DNA of 64,000 nt from Patescibacteria group bacterium (GCA_018971265.1 JAGXBE010000001.1:1051-65050), one strand, 5' to 3'; shown: positions 39,128 to 49,498, counted from the first letter of the stretch. The notes: generated from the sequence alone by a model not told the origin. Translations and numbers: made by a program.

Positions 39128-41095
39128 TCACCAAATTTTCGCTCGGTCTTTCGGTTTTCTATACAACAAATCCCCCTTTTGCACGCCAAACGCTTTGTAA
39201 AACTCCGGCAAATTTGAAGCAGGACCGTTGACGCGGAAAATACCGGGCGAATGAGGGTCGGTGAGCACCTGCGTTTTTTCCGTCTCGGGCCGCCGGTTCT
39301 CGCGCTCGAAGAGCGCGAGACCGAGGAAGAAACGCTGTTCGGGGGTAAAACCACTGCGGTTCTTACGTCCCGTTTTTGAAAGGCGGAATTGATATGCATC
39401 GTAGGCGATTGAAGCTCCGCCGAGGTCGGCGATATTTTCACCCAACGTCAACTGTCCGTTCACCTTGAGTCCGTCCGCAACGGTATATTCGTTGAATTGC
39501 CTCACGAGTACCCAGGCTTTTTTATCGAAACGGGCACGGTCTATCTTCGTCCACCACGTCTTCCTGTTTCCCTTGCCGTCAAATTTGGCACCCTGATCGT
39601 CAAAACCGTGCGTTATCTCGTGGCCAATGACCGAACCCATGGCACCATAATTGAGAGCATCATCAGCGTTTGTCGAAAAGAACGGCGGCTGTAGTATCGC
39701 TGCGGGGAAGACAACATCGTTTAACCCGAAACTGCAATACGCGTTTACCGTCTGCGGGCTCATGAACCACTCGCCCCGATCGACCGGTTTTGTAAGGCGT
39801 CGCATCACGCGTGCATGTTCAAACAATGCCGCACGAACGGAGTTTCCGAAATAATCGTCGGGCGAAATGGAAAGGCCGCGATAGTTTTTCCATTTATCGG
39901 GATAACCGAGTTTCCGGTTCATTTGGCGAAGCTTCTGAACCGCCTTTCGTTTTGTCGAAGAACTCATCCAGTCGAGACTCTTGATGCGCGCTTCATATGC
40001 CCTGAAGAGATCCTCAACTACCTCTACGATCTTCTTTTTTGCGTCCGGGCCGAAATACGCTTGTACATATAGCTTGCCGAGGAGCTCGCCAAGGTTGCCG
40101 TTGACGGCGTTCAGGGCGCGGCGCCACAAGGGCTTCATTTTTCTGGTGCCTGAAAGCACGGTGCCGTAAAAAGCAAAGTTTTGCTTCTCGAATGGCGCGG
40201 AAAGGAGGCCTGCCGCACCGCCCACCAAATGCCAGGTAAGGTAGGTTTTCCAATCCTGAAGCGATTCCCTTACGAGCATTCCGTTCACGGCCTTAAAGAA
40301 CCCCGGCTGCATAACAACGACTTCGCGGACATTGCGCGCGCCGATGATTTTGAAAAAAGAGTCCCATTCTACGGCGCGCGCAAGGCGAGCAAGCGCAGGA
40401 CGGCGCATCTTGTGATATGTCTTGTCGACATCGCGCAAATCCTCCTTCGACATGGATATTTCCGCAAGGGAAGTCTCCATGCGCAAAACGGTCTCGGCGT
40501 TGCGTCGCGCCTGCGCTCTTGTTTTTCCCAAAAGCACGAATATGGCTCTAAGATGCTTCTTATACGCCGTACGTACACGCACCGACTCTGCATCATGCTC
40601 CAGATAATAATCGCGATCGGGCATCCCGAGACCGCTCTGGTGGAGGTAAAGAATGTATCGCTCGCTATTTTTCATGTCTTGGTCAACCATCACGCCCCAC
40701 GGGCCTCCTCCGCCGATTTTCTCAAGATGCGCGAATGTATCGACGAGTGAGCGCACATCTTTGATTCCTGCGATGCGGAGAAGCCACGGAGCAAGCGGTT
40801 TCGCGCCAAGTGAATTGCGCTTCTTCATGTCCAAACCGGAACGATAATAATCGCGAACCATTTTTTCTGGACTGCCCGCTTTTAAATTTCTCTTATTTTG
40901 GAGTTCCAAGACAATGGCACGAAGTTTTTTTTCGGTGTCATAGCGAAGCATGTGAAAAGACCCCCAACGGGACTCGTGCGGGGGTATATGATTTTTCTTG
41001 AGCCAGCGGCCGTTTGCATAGTGGTAAAAGTCATCTTGCGGCCGAATGTCTCTATCCATGCCCCGCACGTCAAACCCCTCTCCATTCTTTTTCAT
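39128..41095 (-). CDS. M13 family metalloendopeptidase (PepO-like)
   Basis: PQDDFYHYANG, VNAY, FPAAILQPPF, HEITH, GENIAD, DPHSP. Confidence 0.95.
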   Translation of the reverse strand: MKKNGEGFDVRGMDRDIRPQDDFYHYANGRWLKKNHIPPHESRWGSFHMLRYDTEKKLRAIVLELQNKRNLKAGSPEKMVRDYYRSGLDMKKRNSLGAKPLAPWLLRIAGIKDVRSLVDTFAHLEKIGGGGPWGVMVDQDMKNSERYILYLHQSGLGMPDRDYYLEHDAESVRVRTAYKKHLRAIFVLLGKTRAQARRNAETVLRMETSLAEISMSKEDLRDVDKTYHKMRRPALARLARAVEWDSFFKIIGARNVREVVVMQPGFFKAVNGMLVRESLQDWKTYLTWHLVGGAAGLLSAPFEKQNFAFYGTVLSGTRKMKPLWRRALNAVNGNLGELLGKLYVQAYFGPDAKKKIVEVVEDLFRAYEARIKSLDWMSSSTKRKAVQKLRQMNRKLGYPDKWKNYRGLSISPDDYFGNSVRAALFEHARVMRRLTKPVDRGEWFMSPQTVNAYCSFGLNDVVFPAAILQPPFFSTNADDALNYGAMGSVIGHEITHGFDDQGAKFDGKGNRKTWWTKIDRARFDKKAWVLVRQFNEYTVADGLKVNGQLTLGENIADLGGASIAYDAYQFRLSKTGRKNRSGFTPEQRFFLGLALFERENRRPETEKTQVLTDPHSPGIFRVNGPASNLPEFYKAFGVQKGDLLYRKPKDRAKIW

Positions 41096-41143
41096 ATATG
41101 CAATAGTATATGAATTGCTGGCAGCATGCTATCTTTTCTCGGT

Positions 41144-42952
41144 ATGAACGTACGGGACGTCCGCAAACGATATCTTGATTTCTTCGAAAAAAGGGGGCAT
41201 GCGACCATACCCTCGGCGCCTATCGTACCGGAGAACGATCCGACGACGCTTTTTACTTCTAGCGGCATGCAGCCGCTGGTGCCGTACTTGCTCGGACAGC
41301 CGCACCCGGAAGGCGAACGTCTCGTTAATTCGCAAATGTCATTTCGCGCCGAAGATATCGAGGAAGTGGGAGACAACCGCCACACGACCTTCTTCGAGAT
41401 GCTCGGAAACTGGTCCTTGGGCGACTACTTCAAGAAAGAACAGCTGCCGTGGTTTTTCGAATTCCTCACGAGCAAGGAAGAAGGACTCGGCCTTTCGCCG
41501 GAGAAGCTTTCTGTGACGACGTTTTCCGGTGACGAGGAGAGCGGCATGGCGGCGGACTGTGAATCCGTCACCATCTGGAAGGAGATAGGCATCCCCGACG
41601 AGCGCATCTTCTCGTACGGCACGAAAAAAAACTGGTGGAGCCGCGCCGGGGTACCGAGCAAAATGCCTGCGGGTGAGATTGGCGGGCCTGACTCCGAGGT
41701 CTTTTATGATTTCGGACTCCCTCATGATGCGCGGTTTGGGAAAGAGTGCCATCCCAACTGCGACTGCGGCCGTTTCGTAGAGATAGGGAACTCGGTCTTC
41801 ATGCAGTACGTGAAGCAGGCCGACGGCACGTTCAAGGAATTGCCGAAGAAGAACGTGGACTTTGGCGGCGGCCTCGAACGCCTCACTGCGGCAACCCGCG
41901 GCAACCCGGATATATTTCTCATCGACGTATTCGATGCGGCACGAAAAGTGCTTGATGAACGCTCTGGCAGAGCTTATGGCACGGACGAGGCCACAACGCG
42001 TTCATATCGCATCATCCTCGACCACATGCGCGCAGCGTCGTTCATGCTCGCGTCCGGCATACGCTCATCGAACACCGAACAGGGCTATGTGCTCCGCCGG
42101 CTCATCCGCCGTTCCATCCGCGAAGCGGACAAGCTCGGCATAAAGGATGCGGTGTTGGCGGATGTCGCCGAAGGATTTGGCGCCTCTTACGCGAGCGCGT
42201 ATCCGTTCGTGCAATCGGCGGCGCAGACCATCTGCGAAGAACTGGAGAAAGAAGAAGGGCAATTCAGGAAGACGCTTACGAACGGCATGCGCGAACTAGA
42301 GAAGATGAAGGAAGACATCGACGCGTTCCTCCTCTTCACTACTTACGGATTTCCGATAGAGCTCACTGAGGAGATGGCGAAAGAGCGCGGCGTTGCGCTC
42401 GATATGCAGGCGGTGAAATCAAAAATGGTTGAGCATCAAGCCCTTTCCCGCGCGGGTGCGGCGCAGAAGTTCGCGGGCGGGCTCGCCGACCACGCGGAAC
42501 AAACCGTTCGCTATCATACGGCGCACCACTTGCTCCTCAAGGCGCTCCAGAGAGTACTTGGACCGGAAGTGCATCAGCGGGGGAGCAACATCACGAGCGA
42601 GCGCCTGCGCATAGACTTTTCCTACGGGCAGAAGATGACGGCGGAGCAGAAAGCGGAAGTGGAGAAAATCGTGAATGAGAAAATCGCGGAAGCCATGCCT
42701 GTCATCCGCACCGATATGAAGAAAGAAGAGGCGGAGAAGCTCGGCGCGGAGCGCGAGTTCGGCGCCACCTATCCGGACACCGTTTCGGTGTATTCGGTCG
42801 GCCCCTTGGACAACGCGTTTTCCATAGAGTTCTGTGGCGGCCCGCATGTATCCAACACGAACGAACTCGGCATTGGCGGGAAGAAATTTAAGATACAGAA
42901 AGAAGAAGCGTCTTCCGCCGGCGTTCGCCGCATCAAAGCAGTGTTAGAATAG
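41144..42952 (+). CDS. alaS: Alanine--tRNA ligase, compact form without the C-Ala domain
   Basis: DPTTLFTSSGMQP, HTTFFEMLGNWS, HTAHHLL, EFCGGPHV; ends just after GVRRIKA. Confidence 0.96.
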   Translation: MNVRDVRKRYLDFFEKRGHATIPSAPIVPENDPTTLFTSSGMQPLVPYLLGQPHPEGERLVNSQMSFRAEDIEEVGDNRHTTFFEMLGNWSLGDYFKKEQLPWFFEFLTSKEEGLGLSPEKLSVTTFSGDEESGMAADCESVTIWKEIGIPDERIFSYGTKKNWWSRAGVPSKMPAGEIGGPDSEVFYDFGLPHDARFGKECHPNCDCGRFVEIGNSVFMQYVKQADGTFKELPKKNVDFGGGLERLTAATRGNPDIFLIDVFDAARKVLDERSGRAYGTDEATTRSYRIILDHMRAASFMLASGIRSSNTEQGYVLRRLIRRSIREADKLGIKDAVLADVAEGFGASYASAYPFVQSAAQTICEELEKEEGQFRKTLTNGMRELEKMKEDIDAFLLFTTYGFPIELTEEMAKERGVALDMQAVKSKMVEHQALSRAGAAQKFAGGLADHAEQTVRYHTAHHLLLKALQRVLGPEVHQRGSNITSERLRIDFSYGQKMTAEQKAEVEKIVNEKIAEAMPVIRTDMKKEEAEKLGAEREFGATYPDTVSVYSVGPLDNAFSIEFCGGPHVSNTNELGIGGKKFKIQKEEASSAGVRRIKAVLE

Positions 42953-42956
42953 ACCC

Positions 42957-44003
42957 ATGAAAGTTTTTCGCTCTCTTTTCCGCGGCAAGCGAGGAGAATC
43001 GGTGGTACTGATAGATGTCGGGGCGAGCTCAATCGCCGGTGCCTATGTTCACTACGGTGAAAACGAATCGCCGGCGCTGATTTATATGCGGCGCGTTCCT
43101 ATCGAAATACGGGAGGGCGAGCCGCACGGGCGAGCTATGTTGCGAGCACTCCGGATACTCGGAGACGTTCTTGTGCAGGAAGGTGCGCCGATGCTTGCGC
43201 GCTCTACCGGCAGCGGCAGCGCCGATATCATCCTCGTCTCCGTTGACGCGCCATGGCAAGAAACCTCAGTACGTACCGAACATTTCGAACGGACGACGCC
43301 GTTCACTTTCACCAAGGCTCTCGTTAGCAAGGAGCTCGAGAAAAGCCGCGCTAACGTGCCGGAAAAAGTGCTCGCCGATGAAAGCGTCATCGGCACGATT
43401 CTCAACGGCTACGAGACAACCCGTCCCTATGGAAAAAAAGTACATCGTGCGTCCGTCGTGGTCCTTACTTCGCTTATCGACAAAAAAATAGCGGACGGCA
43501 TCATCTCAATCCTCCAAGGCATCTATCATACGAAACGCATTCTGCCCATTTCAGGCAGCTCGCTCCGCTATCAGGCGATGCGTACAGTGTTTCCGCATGA
43601 ACGGGACGCTCTCATCCTCGATGCCATGGGTTCCTTGACTTCGGTCGTGCTCGTGCGCAAAGGGCTTCTAATGTCCGTCTCAGAAATAGGGGATACCACC
43701 GAGAATGACCCCGCATGGGTGCGCAAAGTCGCGGACGGGTTTGCGGAAATCGCAAAACGCTACCCATTGCCTCGGACTATATTCTTGCTGGCTCATGAAC
43801 CAGAAATTTCTTCTCTTCGCGCAAAACTCGATGAGGCGCGCCTCGGGTCACTCTGGCTCTCAGACAACCCCCCCAAAATAGTCTCTATTTTGGCGAGCCA
43901 TGTCGCAGGATCGATCCAACACGCCAATACGACATCTCCCGACCTTCTTATTCTTCTCATGGCACGCTACTATCAAGCAAAAGGAAAGGAAGAGAAGTTC
44001 TGA
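42957..44003 (+). CDS. Hypothetical protein with FtsA/actin-like fold features
   Basis: VLIDVGASSI, ILNGY, LILDAMGSLT resemble the phosphate-1/2 motifs of the actin/FtsA fold. Confidence 0.55.
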   Translation: MKVFRSLFRGKRGESVVLIDVGASSIAGAYVHYGENESPALIYMRRVPIEIREGEPHGRAMLRALRILGDVLVQEGAPMLARSTGSGSADIILVSVDAPWQETSVRTEHFERTTPFTFTKALVSKELEKSRANVPEKVLADESVIGTILNGYETTRPYGKKVHRASVVVLTSLIDKKIADGIISILQGIYHTKRILPISGSSLRYQAMRTVFPHERDALILDAMGSLTSVVLVRKGLLMSVSEIGDTTENDPAWVRKVADGFAEIAKRYPLPRTIFLLAHEPEISSLRAKLDEARLGSLWLSDNPPKIVSILASHVAGSIQHANTTSPDLLILLMARYYQAKGKEEKF

Positions 44004-44113
44004 CTCCCTTTTCTTCTCTCGACCATCACGCGTAAAAAAATTGAGACGCCTGACAAAACAGCTAATGCACATCCCCTTACGAAACTTGTCCTCCGGGCTG
44101 GTATACTCTCTTT

Positions 44114-45340
44114 ATGCGCAAACTTGATGACATCGTTATACCGTCCTCGCGCCGCAGAGAGGTGGCTGCCACAGACCAGCCGCCCGTTCCCAGTCGAGAG
44201 CCGCTTCGTCTTTCAGAGAAACCGCCAAGACTTCCTTATACGACGCTTGTCGTTGTTTTGCTCATCATAGCTATTTCCGCCGGCGCATTATTCTACTTCT
44301 CCGGCGCCAAGGTTGAGATAACGCCAAATTCTGTTTCTGCGGCGGTCCAAAATTCATTTACCGCAAGTCAGAACGCCGGAAACTTACCTTTCGAGATCGT
44401 TACGGCACAAAAAATAGCGACTCAGAGTGTCGAGGGAAGCGGCACCAAAGAAATGCATTCTTTCGCCTCAGGAACCGTGACCATCTACAATACGCAAAAG
44501 AAGGCACAGCGTCTCATTACGAATACCCGTTTCGCCACCACCGCCGGGCTCATTTTCCGCATCCACTCATCGGTGGTGGTTCCAGCAGCGACAGACCCAA
44601 CAAAACCAGGGAACATAACAGTTTCCGTATACGCCGATCAAGCTGGCAGTTCCTACAATATTGGCCCTTCTTCTTTCACGATTCCAGGACTTGCTGGAAC
44701 GCCGCAAGCAACCATGGTATACGCGCGTTCATCAGGATCGATGACAGGAGGTGCGTCAGGAAATGTTCCGATTATAAACACCGCGACTGAGACGCAGACG
44801 CGCGCGGCGCTCATCACTGCTCTCACTCCGGACTTGGCTGCCAGCATAGAAGCGCAAATACCCGCCGGTTATCTGCTTCTGCCCGGGGCCGCAACTACAA
44901 CGTATCAAGAACTCACGCCGACTCCGTCAAAGACAACAGGGATGGTCGACGTAAGAGAACAGGGAACCATTACGGCCGTCGTCTTCCCGAATGCCGCCCT
45001 CGCAAAAACAATCGCTTCTTCAATTGCAGGGCTTGGGTATCAGGGCGAACCGCTTATTCTTGCCTCCACAAGCGATCTTAGAATGGTGCCGGGTTCCGGA
45101 CAAATGCCCGATTCGCGCACCACTTCATTCTCTTTCACCCTCGCGGGAACCGCTTCTCTTGTATACGATGTCGATACGGCCCGCATCGCCGCAGCGGTGA
45201 GCGGGAAAACCCGTCCAGCCGCCGAGGTAGCGCTTACGAATCTTCCGGAAGTCAAGCGCGCCGTTATCACCCTCCGGCCGTTCTGGAGACAGACGTTCCC
45301 TCAGGACCCCTCCAGCATTTCGGTCGTGGTTACGCATTGA
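44114..45340 (+). CDS. Membrane-anchored protein with baseplate-J/gp47-like domain
   Basis: TM helix, then ASGTVTIYN..LITNTRF..GLIF..VYADQAGSSYNI..MTGG. Confidence 0.6.
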   Translation: MRKLDDIVIPSSRRREVAATDQPPVPSREPLRLSEKPPRLPYTTLVVVLLIIAISAGALFYFSGAKVEITPNSVSAAVQNSFTASQNAGNLPFEIVTAQKIATQSVEGSGTKEMHSFASGTVTIYNTQKKAQRLITNTRFATTAGLIFRIHSSVVVPAATDPTKPGNITVSVYADQAGSSYNIGPSSFTIPGLAGTPQATMVYARSSGSMTGGASGNVPIINTATETQTRAALITALTPDLAASIEAQIPAGYLLLPGAATTTYQELTPTPSKTTGMVDVREQGTITAVVFPNAALAKTIASSIAGLGYQGEPLILASTSDLRMVPGSGQMPDSRTTSFSFTLAGTASLVYDVDTARIAAAVSGKTRPAAEVALTNLPEVKRAVITLRPFWRQTFPQDPSSISVVVTH

Positions 45341-45397
45341 CGACTTTCCCGGCACCTGCTAGATTAAAGGGGTACCTGTATGGATGGCGATCGTTAA

Positions 45398-45679
45398 ATG
45401 AGCGACGGCGAAGAGACAAAAACGACGGCGACTGGCACCGTTGAAGAGGTGTTGCCTAATTCGCTTTTTCGCGTTCGCGTATCCGGATCGGCGAACGCAT
45501 CCCCCGAGGATTTGGCGGAGGGGAGCGCGATTGATAAGGAGGGGGGGAAAGATCTCGTGCTCGCCTATTTGGCAGGTAAAATGCGTCTTCATCGTATCCG
45601 CGTTCTGGTCGGCGACCAGGTGGACATGGTGCTTGATCCCTACGGGGGCCGTGCGCGCATAGTGCGCCGATTAACGTAA
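45398..45679 (+). CDS. infA: Translation initiation factor IF-1 with about 20-aa loop insertion
   Basis: [14 protein letters not shown] ... [29 protein letters not shown]. Confidence 0.93.
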   Translation: MSDGEETKTTATGTVEEVLPNSLFRVRVSGSANASPEDLAEGSAIDKEGGKDLVLAYLAGKMRLHRIRVLVGDQVDMVLDPYGGRARIVRRLT

Positions 45680-45697
45680 TGTATCTAATACTTCACA

Positions 45698-45814
45698 ATG
45701 AAAGTTCGTGCGTCAATAAAAAAACAGCAGCCAGGGGATCAGCTAGTCCGTCGCGGCGGGCGGCTGTATCGTATCAATAAGAAAAAACCGCGTCGCAAGG
45801 CCCGACAAGGGTAG
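45698..45814 (+). CDS. rpmJ: 50S ribosomal protein L36, Cys-free type
   Basis: Manual translation [38 protein letters not shown]; lies between infA and rpsM. Confidence 0.93.
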   Translation: MKVRASIKKQQPGDQLVRRGGRLYRINKKKPRRKARQG

Positions 45815-45860
45815 CCGCTCGCGTTTATTTATCCAGAATTTCACAACTTTTCTTTTCTCT

Positions 45861-46241
45861 ATGCGCATCGCTGGTGTCACCGTTCCCGATACAAAGCAGC
45901 TTGGCTATGCCTTGCCGCTTATTTACGGTATCGGAGCAACCCGTGCGCGAGAAATTTTGGAAAAGGCAAACATTGCGAAGAACAGAAAGGCGAGCGAGCT
46001 TACAAACGATGAGGAGCAGCGCATACGTTCGCTCGTGGAGTCTTTCGTTATCGAAGGCGAGCTGCGACGCGAAATAGGACAAAATATCAAACGGCTCAAG
46101 GATATCCGGTCGGCGCGCGGCGCGCGCCATGAACGCGGACTGCCAGTACGCGGTCAGCGTACCAAGACCAATTCACGCACGCGGCGGGGCAACGTCCGTA
46201 AAACAATGACTTCGGGGCGTCGTACGCTTGAAAAAACTTAA
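45861..46241 (+). CDS. rpsM: 30S ribosomal protein S13
   Basis: RIAGV, IYGIG, GLPVRGQRTKTNSRT. Confidence 0.97.
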   Translation: MRIAGVTVPDTKQLGYALPLIYGIGATRAREILEKANIAKNRKASELTNDEEQRIRSLVESFVIEGELRREIGQNIKRLKDIRSARGARHERGLPVRGQRTKTNSRTRRGNVRKTMTSGRRTLEKT

Positions 46242-46247
46242 TCACCT

Positions 46248-46682
46248 ATGGGAAAAAAACGCATTATCAAGAAAAGCGGCAAAGGCCTCGATCAAGGACG
46301 CAAGGAACGTGCGCTTTCGAAAGCAACTAAACGCCACCTCGAAAAGGGTATTCTCCATATCGAGGCGACGTTCAACAATACAAAAGCAATCCTTACTGAC
46401 GAGAAGGGTAATGCGGTCGTCAGTTCTTCTGCCGGCGCTCTCGGTTTTTCTGGTGCGAGAAAATCGACACCCTATGCGGCGGCTAAGGTCGGCGAGTTTC
46501 TTGGCGAGAAGGGTATGATGATCGGCCTCAAAGAAGCATCGGTTGTCATCCGCGGCGTGGGTGCGGGCCGCGAGTCGGTGCTGCGCGCGTTCTCGGGCAA
46601 GGGTGTCCAGATACGTTCCATAAAGGACGTAACGCCGGTGCCACACAACGGTCCGCGCCCACCCAAGCCTCGCCGCGTATAA
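46248..46682 (+). CDS. rpsK: 30S ribosomal protein S11
   Basis: ATFNNT, RKSTPYAA, DVTPVPHNG. Confidence 0.97.
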   Translation: MGKKRIIKKSGKGLDQGRKERALSKATKRHLEKGILHIEATFNNTKAILTDEKGNAVVSSSAGALGFSGARKSTPYAAAKVGEFLGEKGMMIGLKEASVVIRGVGAGRESVLRAFSGKGVQIRSIKDVTPVPHNGPRPPKPRRV

Positions 46683-46703
46683 TTTCCTATCCTTTAACTT
46701 CGT

Positions 46704-47315
46704 ATGATTACTGGTCCACGATATAAAATAGCGAAACGTCTTGGCGCTTCTGTTTTTGAAAAAGCACAGACGCAAAAATTCGCTCTTTCCGCTGACCGCA
46801 GCGCAAAAAATAAACGACGCGGACGCGGACGCGCAAGCGAGTACAGCAAGCAGATGCTCGAGAAACAGAAAGTGCGTGTTACCTACGGTTTGCCGGAACG
46901 GCAATTCCGCAATTATGTCCGGAAGGCACTCGCTGCACACGGGGCAAAGCCGGTCGAACGCCTCCACGAACTTCTCGAACTTCGACTTGATAACGTCATT
47001 TGGCGACTCGGCCTTGCGCCCACGCGCCGTGCCGCGCGTCAGATGGTTGCGCACGGCCACGTGCTTGTTGGCGGGAAAAAGACCCGTATCCCTTCGCGTA
47101 CCCTCTCGGTCGGTGATCAGATTGCGGTACGCGAGGGCTCGAAAGAGCACGGAACCCTGATCGGATTCAATGAACGTTTTCTTGAACGGCCGATTGCGAG
47201 ATGGCTCTCGTGGAACCCAAAGACGATGGAGGGCAGCGTTCTTGAGCGCCCGACCGTGGCATCGGCGGATCCCGCCGGCGACCTCGGTACGGTGCTCTCG
47301 TTCTACACGAGATAA
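46704..47315 (+). CDS. rpsD: 30S ribosomal protein S4
   Basis: SEY..QMLEKQK, LELRLDNV, ARQMVAHGH. Confidence 0.97.
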   Translation: MITGPRYKIAKRLGASVFEKAQTQKFALSADRSAKNKRRGRGRASEYSKQMLEKQKVRVTYGLPERQFRNYVRKALAAHGAKPVERLHELLELRLDNVIWRLGLAPTRRAARQMVAHGHVLVGGKKTRIPSRTLSVGDQIAVREGSKEHGTLIGFNERFLERPIARWLSWNPKTMEGSVLERPTVASADPAGDLGTVLSFYTR

Positions 47316-47369
47316 TTTTATTCGCGTTTATCCACTGTTAATAATTTAATTGGTAATTACGATTGCGTT

Positions 47370-48308
47370 ATGGAATACCACATCACCCTTCCCAGTAAGC
47401 CCCGTATCGTTTCTGAAGAGAACATGCAGGGAATATATGAAATCGACTCGCTGTACCCGGGCTACGGGCACACTCTTGGCAACTCGCTGCGCCGTATAAT
47501 CCTTTCTTCGCTTCCCGGCGCGACCGTCACGAGAGTGAAGATTGAAGGCGTGCCGCATGAGTTCGCCACCATCGAAGGAATGCGCGAGACTGTCATGGAA
47601 ATGCTTCTGAACCTGAAGCGTATCCATTTCATCCTGCATGGCGATGAGCCGCAGACCATATCGCTCAAGGCGAAAGGCACGATCGAGATCACGGCAAAGG
47701 ATTTCAATCTCCCAAGCCAGGTCGAGATAAAGAATCCGGATCAGCATATCGCTGACCTTTCGGGGAAGGCCTCGCTCGAACTCGAGGCGACCATCGAGCG
47801 CGGTCTCGGCTATGTCGCGCGCGAGATGCTCACCAAGGAGAAAGTCGATATCGGTACCATTGCGCTTGACGCCACTTTCACGCCTATCCGCCGCGTGAAC
47901 TACGAAGTAGAGAACATGCGCGTCGGCGATCGCACCGATTTCAACCGTTTGCGTATCCTTATCGAGACGAACGGAACCATTGCACCGCGCGAAGCGCTGG
48001 AGCAGTCGATAGAAATCATGATCCATCAGCTCAAGTCCGTGATTGGTTTTCAAGAAACCGCGCCTCAAGAAGCGGGAGACGGCGGAGTTTCTGAAGAAAC
48101 AATCGATCTTACGAAGGTCAAAATCGCCGAACTCGGTCTTCCGGCGCGCGTCGCTTCTTCGCTCGAGGACGCAGGCATTAAGAGTGCCGCCGGTCTTGCG
48201 CGGAAGTCCGCAAGTGCACTGAAGGAAATAGATGGTATTGGGGAGAAGGCAGTCGAGGAGATTTCAAGTGCGCTTGCTGGCTACGGCCTAACGCTCAAAA
48301 GCGAATAA
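47370..48308 (+). CDS. rpoA: DNA-directed RNA polymerase subunit alpha
   Basis: GYGHTLGNSLRRIILSS, HEF, VENMRVG..TDF. Confidence 0.97.
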   Translation: MEYHITLPSKPRIVSEENMQGIYEIDSLYPGYGHTLGNSLRRIILSSLPGATVTRVKIEGVPHEFATIEGMRETVMEMLLNLKRIHFILHGDEPQTISLKAKGTIEITAKDFNLPSQVEIKNPDQHIADLSGKASLELEATIERGLGYVAREMLTKEKVDIGTIALDATFTPIRRVNYEVENMRVGDRTDFNRLRILIETNGTIAPREALEQSIEIMIHQLKSVIGFQETAPQEAGDGGVSEETIDLTKVKIAELGLPARVASSLEDAGIKSAAGLARKSASALKEIDGIGEKAVEEISSALAGYGLTLKSE

Positions 48309-48317
48309 TATCTATCT

Positions 48318-48671
48318 ATGAGCCAAAGAAGCAAGCCCCGTGCGTTCAATAGGTCAAGCAATCAGCGCCGCGCGCTCTTGCGCTCGCTCGCACGTTCCCT
48401 GGTCATGCAGGAGCGCATTTCGACTACCGAAGCGAAAGCGAAAGAGCTTCGCCCGCTCATTGAACGTCTCGTGACTTACGCAAAGAAAAACACTCTTGCG
48501 AGTCGCCGTCTTGTCAAATCCCGTCTTGACGATGATGCGGCGGTGAAAAAGCTTTTCGACTCGATTGCGCCACGTTACGGCGACCGAGCGGGCGGCTATA
48601 CCCGTGTGGTGAAGCGTACCCGTCGTGGCACCAGCGACGCGCGGAAGCTTGCGTATATCGCCTTTGTTTAG
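48318..48671 (+). CDS. rplQ: 50S ribosomal protein L17
   Basis: RISTTEAKAKELR, RAGGYTR. Confidence 0.96.
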   Translation: MSQRSKPRAFNRSSNQRRALLRSLARSLVMQERISTTEAKAKELRPLIERLVTYAKKNTLASRRLVKSRLDDDAAVKKLFDSIAPRYGDRAGGYTRVVKRTRRGTSDARKLAYIAFV

Positions 48672-48681
48672 TATTCATGAT

Positions 48682-49056
48682 ATGTCTATGACGCCTACAA
48701 AGCCCGACTTTATAACCTATACCATCGATGCGACCGACCGTACGCTCGGGCGGGTGGCGAGCGAGGCCGCGCACGCGCTCCTCGGCAAGCGCTCAGTACG
48801 CTTCGCCAAGAACCAGACGCTTCCCATGCAGGTCATCATCGAGAATGTGAGCAAGCTCCATCTCACCGAACGCCGTATGAAGGGCAAGGTCTACACGCGC
48901 TACACCGGCTACCCAGGAGGGCTCCGTGAAGTGCGCATGGACGAGATGATAGCGAAGAAGGGCATTGAGGAAGTGGTCAAAAAGACGGTTGACGGCATGA
49001 TTCCGCGAAACAAGCTCCGCGCCCCGCGCATGAGGAACTTGGTCGTCACCGCATAA
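48682..49056 (+). CDS. rplM: 50S ribosomal protein L13
   Basis: IDA..LGRVAS..LLGK, YTGYPGGL, GMIPRN. Confidence 0.95.
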   Translation: MSMTPTKPDFITYTIDATDRTLGRVASEAAHALLGKRSVRFAKNQTLPMQVIIENVSKLHLTERRMKGKVYTRYTGYPGGLREVRMDEMIAKKGIEEVVKKTVDGMIPRNKLRAPRMRNLVVTA

Positions 49057-49059
49057 CCT

Positions 49060-49455
49060 ATGGCAACTGCTTTCATCACCGCAGTCGGACGCCGCAAGAC
49101 CGCCATCGCAAGCGTACGCATCACCCCTGCGCCCAAAGCGAGTGTGACGGTCAATGGCAAGTCGCCAAAAGAATATTTCAAGACGAATGAGCGCGCGAAA
49201 GTAGCCGAAGAGGCGCTCGAAGTCGCCGGGAGCGCGGAGTCGTACGCGGTCACCGCGCACATCGAGGGTGGCGGCATCGCGGCCCAAGCCGATGCGCTCC
49301 GCCATGCCATCAGTCGCGCCCTCATCAAGGCAGAGCCGAACACGCGCGCAGTACTCAAGAGCGCGAAGTTTCTCACCCGCGACCCTCGTGCCAAAGAACG
49401 CAAGAAACCGGGTCTCGTAAAGGCTCGCAAAGCCAAGCAGTGGAGCAAGCGCTAG
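49060..49455 (+). CDS. rpsI: 30S ribosomal protein S9
   Basis: GRRKTA, GGG..AQA, LTRDPR..ERKKPG, QWSKR. Confidence 0.97.
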   Translation: MATAFITAVGRRKTAIASVRITPAPKASVTVNGKSPKEYFKTNERAKVAEEALEVAGSAESYAVTAHIEGGGIAAQADALRHAISRALIKAEPNTRAVLKSAKFLTRDPRAKERKKPGLVKARKAKQWSKR

Positions 49456-49469
49456 TTTAATTTAAGGAT

Positions 49470-49498
49470 AAAATCGGTCTATACAGACCGATTTTTTT
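49470..49498 (+). terminator. Intrinsic terminator after rpsI
   Basis: AAAATCGGTCT-ATAC-AGACCGATTTT followed by more T. Confidence 0.75.

Noticed and set aside
37836-39134. 432-aa minus-strand ORF (likewise 10717-11865, 12100-13155, 20159-21277, 56126-57418)
   Set aside because: Antisense shadows of well-supported + strand genes in GC-rich DNA; no recognisable motifs.
44114-45340. Prophage or contractile injection system suggested by the baseplate-J-like gene
   Set aside because: No terminase, capsid, sheath, tube or integrase genes; flanked by housekeeping genes.
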